64,000 bases of DNA from Macrostomum hystrix. Taxonomy: Eukaryota > Animalia > Platyhelminthes. Below, in pieces: positions 59,201 to 64,000 of this stretch. The translations under genes and the position numbers were made by a program. The stretch lies in NCBI GenBank assembly GCA_950097015.1, contig CATNEN010000032.1, positions 2,108,001 to 2,172,000 on the forward strand. The letters run 5' to 3'. The first letter of the stretch is position 1, and every line of letters starts with the position of its first letter. The notes under the pieces were generated by a model. It saw only the letters and a list, made by a program, of their open reading frames with translations. It had not been told where the DNA came from and made no database searches.

Positions 59201-62200
59201 ACAAACAATTTCAGGCGGGCTTTCCGCTGTGATCTACACGGATGCACTTCAGGGCGTCATTGTGGTGATTGGCGCCTTCATTCTGACTGGATACAGTGAG
59301 CTGCCTGATTATATAATACTGTATTTTACGCTCCTACTTTCAGTAGCTTATCGTGTCATGATATTAGAAATTTACCAAATTTGCTAATTATTTTTCTATT
59401 TCGGGCGCAGCCGCAGAAAAAAGAATTGTGGAAATTGTGGGGAATTTTACGCCCTTGTGACTCAACCTCCAAGGCACAGTGAGTGTATACCTGTGTTGGC
59501 ATCTATGTGCGTGTGTGCTCAGGAGTCAGCGCAATGAGCAGAATTGACTCCTCGCTGGCTGCGGGTCGACTGACGCCAAATGTTGGGACATTGCCCCGCA
59601 TAAATAATCAATTCCTTTCCTAGAATCCAAACCGACTCAAACATTGGCATTAAAACCAGGCATGAGCGCTGTCGGCTCCTATGACAACATGGAGAATTTG
59701 TACTTTCGCTCCATCGCCAATGAAACCCTGTTGGGCAACTCGACCTGCGGCATGCCGGACTCGGAGGCCTTCAAAATGATGCGGCCCATCACGGACCCGG
59801 AGTATCCCTGGCTGGGCATCAGTGCGGGTGCATTCATCCTGTCAGGCTGGTACTTCTGCACCGACCAGGTGCTGGTCCAGCGGATCCTGGCAGCCAAGGA
59901 CCTGACACACGCCAAGGCAGGCACCGCCCTGGCAGCCATCCTGAAGATCATACCCCTGTTCATCATGGTCTGGCCTGGCATGATCGCCAGGGTGCTCTTC
60001 CCCGATGTGGTGGCCTGCGGCAGCGCCGATGCTTGCATGAAACAGTGCGGCAGTCCAGGTGGCTGCAGCAACGCCGCCTACTTCTACCTGGTGCTGCGGG
60101 TAAGACTGCACTCACCAGCACTCACCAGCACTCTCCAGCACTCAACAGCACTCACCAGCACTCACCAGCACTCACCAGCACTCAACAGCACTCAACAGCA
60201 CTCAACAGCACCCACCAGCGCTCACATGCACTCACCAGCACTCACCAGCACTCACCAGCACTCACCAGCACCCACCAGCGCTCACATGCACTCACCTGTA
60301 CTTACCTGAACTCACATGCACTCACCTGCACTCACTAGCAATCCCCTGCAAACTCCTGCACTCACCAGCACTCACCAGCACTCACCAGCACTCACATGCA
60401 CTCACCAGCCACCAGAACTCCCAAGTAAAAGTTCAACGCATCGCCGACAACTTCGCAGGTGATGCCCACTATTGTGAAGGGCCTGATGGTCTCTGCGCTT
60501 CTGGCCGCGCTGATGTCCTCGCTGACGTCCATCTTCAACAGCGCCGCCACGCTATTCACCGTGGACATCTGGATGAAGTTCCGGCCGCACTCCAACAACA
60601 AGGAGCAGATGCTGGTGAGCCGCATCTTCACCCTCGGCTTCCTGCTAATCGGCATCGCCTGGCTGCCCACGGTGGACCTGGCGGAGGGCGGCCAGATCTT
60701 CCACTACCTGCAGCAGATCAACAGCTTCTTGGCTCCGCCGCTGTTCGCCTGCTTCCTCATGGCCGTGATGTGGACCCGCATGAACGAGGAGGGCGCATTC
60801 TGGGGCCTCGCCGTCGGCCTGGTTGTCGGCGTCGCCCGCATGATCTGGAGCTTCGTGCAGTCGCCTCCGGGCTGCGGCGAGACGGACACAAGGAACGAAC
60901 TGCTGCGCAACTTTCACTACCTGCACTTCGCCATCTTCCTGTTCGCCCTGAGCGCTCTAGTCAGCTTCGTTGTCAGTCTCGTCACCAGGCCGATGCCCCG
61001 AGAGAAAGTGAGTGTTCGAATCCCACTGTGGACCTCGGAGTATCGGCCCTGACTTTCTTATTGTCGGGTAGTGTACAGAAACACGCTTGGAGTTTATCCT
61101 CATGGCATTTATCGCGAGTATGTTAAATACCAAAAAATACTTACCTTATTTTTTAATCAGATTTCGGCGAATCAGGATTTCATCTATTTGGGATTTCGGC
61201 AATCAGGAATTCGATCGATTAAGGATTTGGGCGATTTTGGATTCGATCTGATAGGGATTTCAGTGATTAGGGATATCAGCGATTGGGAACTTCAGCGACA
61301 AGGGATTTCAACTACAAGGGATTTCACGATTTCGGCGAGAATCTGAGGAAGGGATCAAAGAGGATTCGAGGTAGGGATCAATGGGGATCTGAGGTAGGGA
61401 TCAATGGGGATATGAGGTAGGGATCAAGGACGATCTGAGGTAGGGATCAAGGAGGATCTGAGGTAGGGATCAATGGGGATCTGAGGTAGGGATCAATGAG
61501 GATCTGAGGTAGGGATCAATGAGGATCTGAGGTAGGGATCAATGAGGATCTGAGGTAGGGATCAATGAGAATCTGAGGTAGGGATCAATGAGGATCTGAG
61601 GTAGGGATCAATGAGAATCTGAGGTAGGGATCAAGGAGGATCTGAGGTAGGGATCAATGGGGATCTGAGGTAGGGATCAAGGAGGATCTGAGGTAGGGAT
61701 CAAGGAGGATCTGAGGTAGGGATCAATGGGGATCTGAGGTAGGGATCAATGAGGATCTGAGGTAGGGATCAATGAGGATCTGAGGTAGGGATCAATGAGG
61801 ATCTGAGGTAGGGATCAATGAGAATCTGAGGTAGGGATCAATGAGGATCTGAGGTAGGGATCAATGAGAATCTGAGGTAGGGATCAATGAGAATCTGAGG
61901 TAGGGATCAATGAGGATCTGAGGTAGGGATCAATGAGGATCTGAAGTAGGGATCAATGAGGTAGGGATCAATCTGAGGTAGGGATCAATGAGGATCTGAG
62001 GTAGGGATAAATGAGGATCTGAGGTAGGGATCAATGAGAATCTGAGGTAGGGATCAATGAGAATGTGAGGTAGGGATCACGGTTGTATCTGAGGTAGGGA
62101 TCAATGAGGATCTGAAGTAGGGATCAATGAGGATCTGAGGTAGGGATCACGGTTGTATCTGAGGTAGGGATCACGGTTGTATCTGAGGTAGGGATCAATG

Positions 62201-63150
62201 AGGATCTGAGGTAGGGATCAATGAGAATCTGAGGTAGGGATCACGGTTGTATCTGAGGTAGGGATCAATGAGGATCTGAAGTAGGGATCAATGAGGATCT
62301 GAAGTAGGGATCAATGAGGATCTGAGGTAGGGATCACGGTTGTATCTGAGGTAGGGATCAATGAGGATCTGAGGTAGGGATCAATGAGAATCTGAGGTAG
62401 GGATCCCGGTTGTATCTGAGGTAGGGATCAATGAGGATCTGAAGTAGGGATCAATGAGGATCTGAGGTAGGGATCAATGAGGATCTGAGGTAGGGATCAA
62501 TGAGGATCTGAGGTAGGGATCACGGTTGTATCTGAGGTAGGGATCAATGAGGATCTGAGGTAGGGATCAATGGGGATCTGAGGTAGGATCACGGTTGTAT
62601 CTGAGTTAGGGATCAATGAGGATCTGAGGTAGGGATCAATGAGGATCTGAGGTAGAAATCAATGAGGATCTTAGGTAGGGATCACGCAGTGGAGGTTGGC
62701 TGTCAAGGGCGTAAGTTGCAAGCCCCAAACTTAAAAGTGGCCGCACCGCGCGGAATCGAACTCAAGAAGCCTGGCGCTACTCGCCTTCTCAAACCAGCCG
62801 AATGCCGAACCCACCCGCAGCTGGTTGGCACCACCATTTGGACTCTGCGCAGCAAGGAGGAGATTCAGCGCATCCTAGACGAGACCGAGGTCCCGGACCT
62901 CGCCGCTCTGGCCAAGAAAACCGACGAGGACGAAGTGAAGAAGGGCCGCGACTGGAAGACCACGCTCATTCACGTGTTCTGCGGTGCCACCGAGGCTGAG
63001 GACCAGCTGGACGAGTCCGTCAGGGAGGCTATCGAGCTACGGATGACCGCCACAGCATCCCGGGTCAATCCCAAGTGGCAGTCGCTGGTTGATGTACTGT
63101 CCGCTGCCGCTGTAGCCATCGGCCTGTTCATGTGGGGCTTCATGAACTGA
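56230..63150 (+). CDS. SLC5 sodium/glucose or myo-inositol cotransporter (SGLT/SMIT type), 643 aa; exons 56230-56310, 57153-57329, 58074-58238, 59028-59136, 59215-59295, 59660-60099, 60459-61007, 62821-63150
   Basis: Phase-consistent model (1932 nt). Motifs YFLAGRDMTW, SNIGSSSFMGVAG, TMPEYLRRRFGG, GGLSAVIYTDALQ, WYFCTDQVLVQRILAAK, GLMVSALLAALMSSLTSIFNSAATLFTVDIW. Confidence 0.93.
56368..57135. repeat. 16-bp unit TGACAAACTGTGGGTG filling SLC5 intron 1
   Basis: Direct inspection. Confidence 0.95.
57635..58045 (+). repeat. Unclassified dispersed repeat, copy 2 (SLC5 intron 2)
   Basis: Same shared blocks as 29340-29790, with an internal deletion. Confidence 0.85.
58310..59000. repeat. 34-bp unit CCAATCAGCTACCTCCAATCCTACTGTGGGTTGC, about 20 copies
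   Basis: Direct inspection; SLC5 intron 3. Confidence 0.95.
59403..59600 (+). mobile_element. SINE family 1, head-less copy (SLC5 intron 5)
   Basis: GGCGCAGCCGC...CAACCTCCAAGGCACAGTGAGTGTA...GCTCAGGAGTCAGCG. Confidence 0.75.
60106..60412. repeat. 10-bp unit GCACTCACCA (SLC5 intron 6)
   Basis: Direct inspection. Confidence 0.9.
61345..62680. repeat. 23-bp unit GAGGATCTGAGGTAGGGATCAAT, more than 50 copies (SLC5 intron 7)
   Basis: Direct inspection. Confidence 0.95.
62685..62795 (-). mobile_element. SINE family 1, 5' fragment (SLC5 intron 7)
   Basis: GGAGGTTGGC..AAGGGCGTA..CAAGCCCC and CGCGGAATCGAACTCA (reverse-complement B box). Confidence 0.6.
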
Positions 63151-63277
63151 GGCCTCTCTAACTCGAGTCGGTTGGCAAATTTTCTGTGTATTATAAACTT
63201 CTATTTTTGGAGGCTGCATGACTTTTGGGATGAAATTGGCCCGTCATATGACAGCTAACTTTGATTACTTTCATATA

Positions 63278-63716
63278 TGGTGAGTGCTGGTAAGTGTTGG
63301 TGAGTGCTGGTGAGTGCTGGTGAGTGCTGGTGAGTGCTGGTGAGTGCTGGTGAGTGCTGGTGAGTGCTGGTGATTGGCTGGTGAGTGCTGGTAAGTGCTG
63401 GCAAGTGAGTGCTGGTGAGTGCTGGTAAGTGCTGGCAAGTGAGTGCTGGTGAGTGCTGGTGAGTGCTGGCAAGTGAGTGCTGGTGATTGGCTGGTGAGTG
63501 CTGGTAAGTGCTGGCAAGTGAGTGCTGGTGAGTGCTGGTAAGTGCTGGCAAGTGAGTGCTGGTGAGTGCTGGTAAGTGCTGGCAAGTGAGTGCTGGTGAG
63601 TGCTGGTGAGTGCTGGCAAGTGAGTGCTGGTGAGTGCTGGTGAGTGCTGGTGAGTGCTGGTGAGTGCTGGTGAGTGCTGGTGAGTGCTGGTGAGTGCTGG
63701 TGAGTGCTGGTGAGTA
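63278..63716. repeat. 10-bp unit GAGTGCTGGT (reverse complement of the 60106-60412 unit)
   Basis: Direct inspection. Confidence 0.95.
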
Positions 63717-64000
63717 GCGGGTCCCTGATGTGGATTTTCTGTATCTACTATTGGTGCTGAAATATCGCTTGGTTTATCAAAGACAAAATAAACTTGGAAA
63801 CTAAATAAAAATATCCAGCCAGTGCTCAGAATTGTTTTATTGCCGCAATTAAATCGCTTTTTTAGAAACGTTCAGGTTTCTTTTTTCGTTTACGTGAGTT
63901 TGATAGTACTTCAATGTAAGTAGGATAGAAAGCTTTTGCCTTTTAACTCTTTGGCACATTAATACCAACCCATTCGAATACTTTGAGTACAGCTTCAGCC

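Overview
Eukaryotic (metazoan, protostome-like) genomic DNA with short GT-AG introns, GC-rich exons and roughly 13 kb (about 20%, hand count) of tandem repeats. This architecture resembles the flatworm Macrostomum, but that is an inference and was not searched. Genes were assembled by hand from splice sites and reading-frame phase. In order: a prohormone-4-like LDLa protein (+); a cluster of four divergent nicotinic-type Cys-loop receptor genes (A -, pseudogene; B +, C +, D -, intact); NPC1 (-); an IR25a/IR8a-related ionotropic receptor (+); ADMP (+); an orphan myristoylated/acidic protein (-) that may host a PAN+C-type lectin gene and its broken duplicate in an intron; and an SLC5 Na+/sugar cotransporter (+). 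Mobile DNA comprises a 5'-truncated RNase H-bearing non-LTR element, two tRNA-derived SINE families and an unassigned ~450 bp repeat. The main candidate for a novel system is the Cys-loop cluster. Its subunits have lost the loop B Trp and the loop C vicinal cysteines needed for acetylcholine binding, and their ligand-binding exons are strongly diverged. Their pore exon, in contrast, is almost identical at the DNA level. This is the profile expected of a lineage-specific chemosensory or orphan-ligand channel family. Most entries in the supplied ORF track are repeat-derived artefacts.
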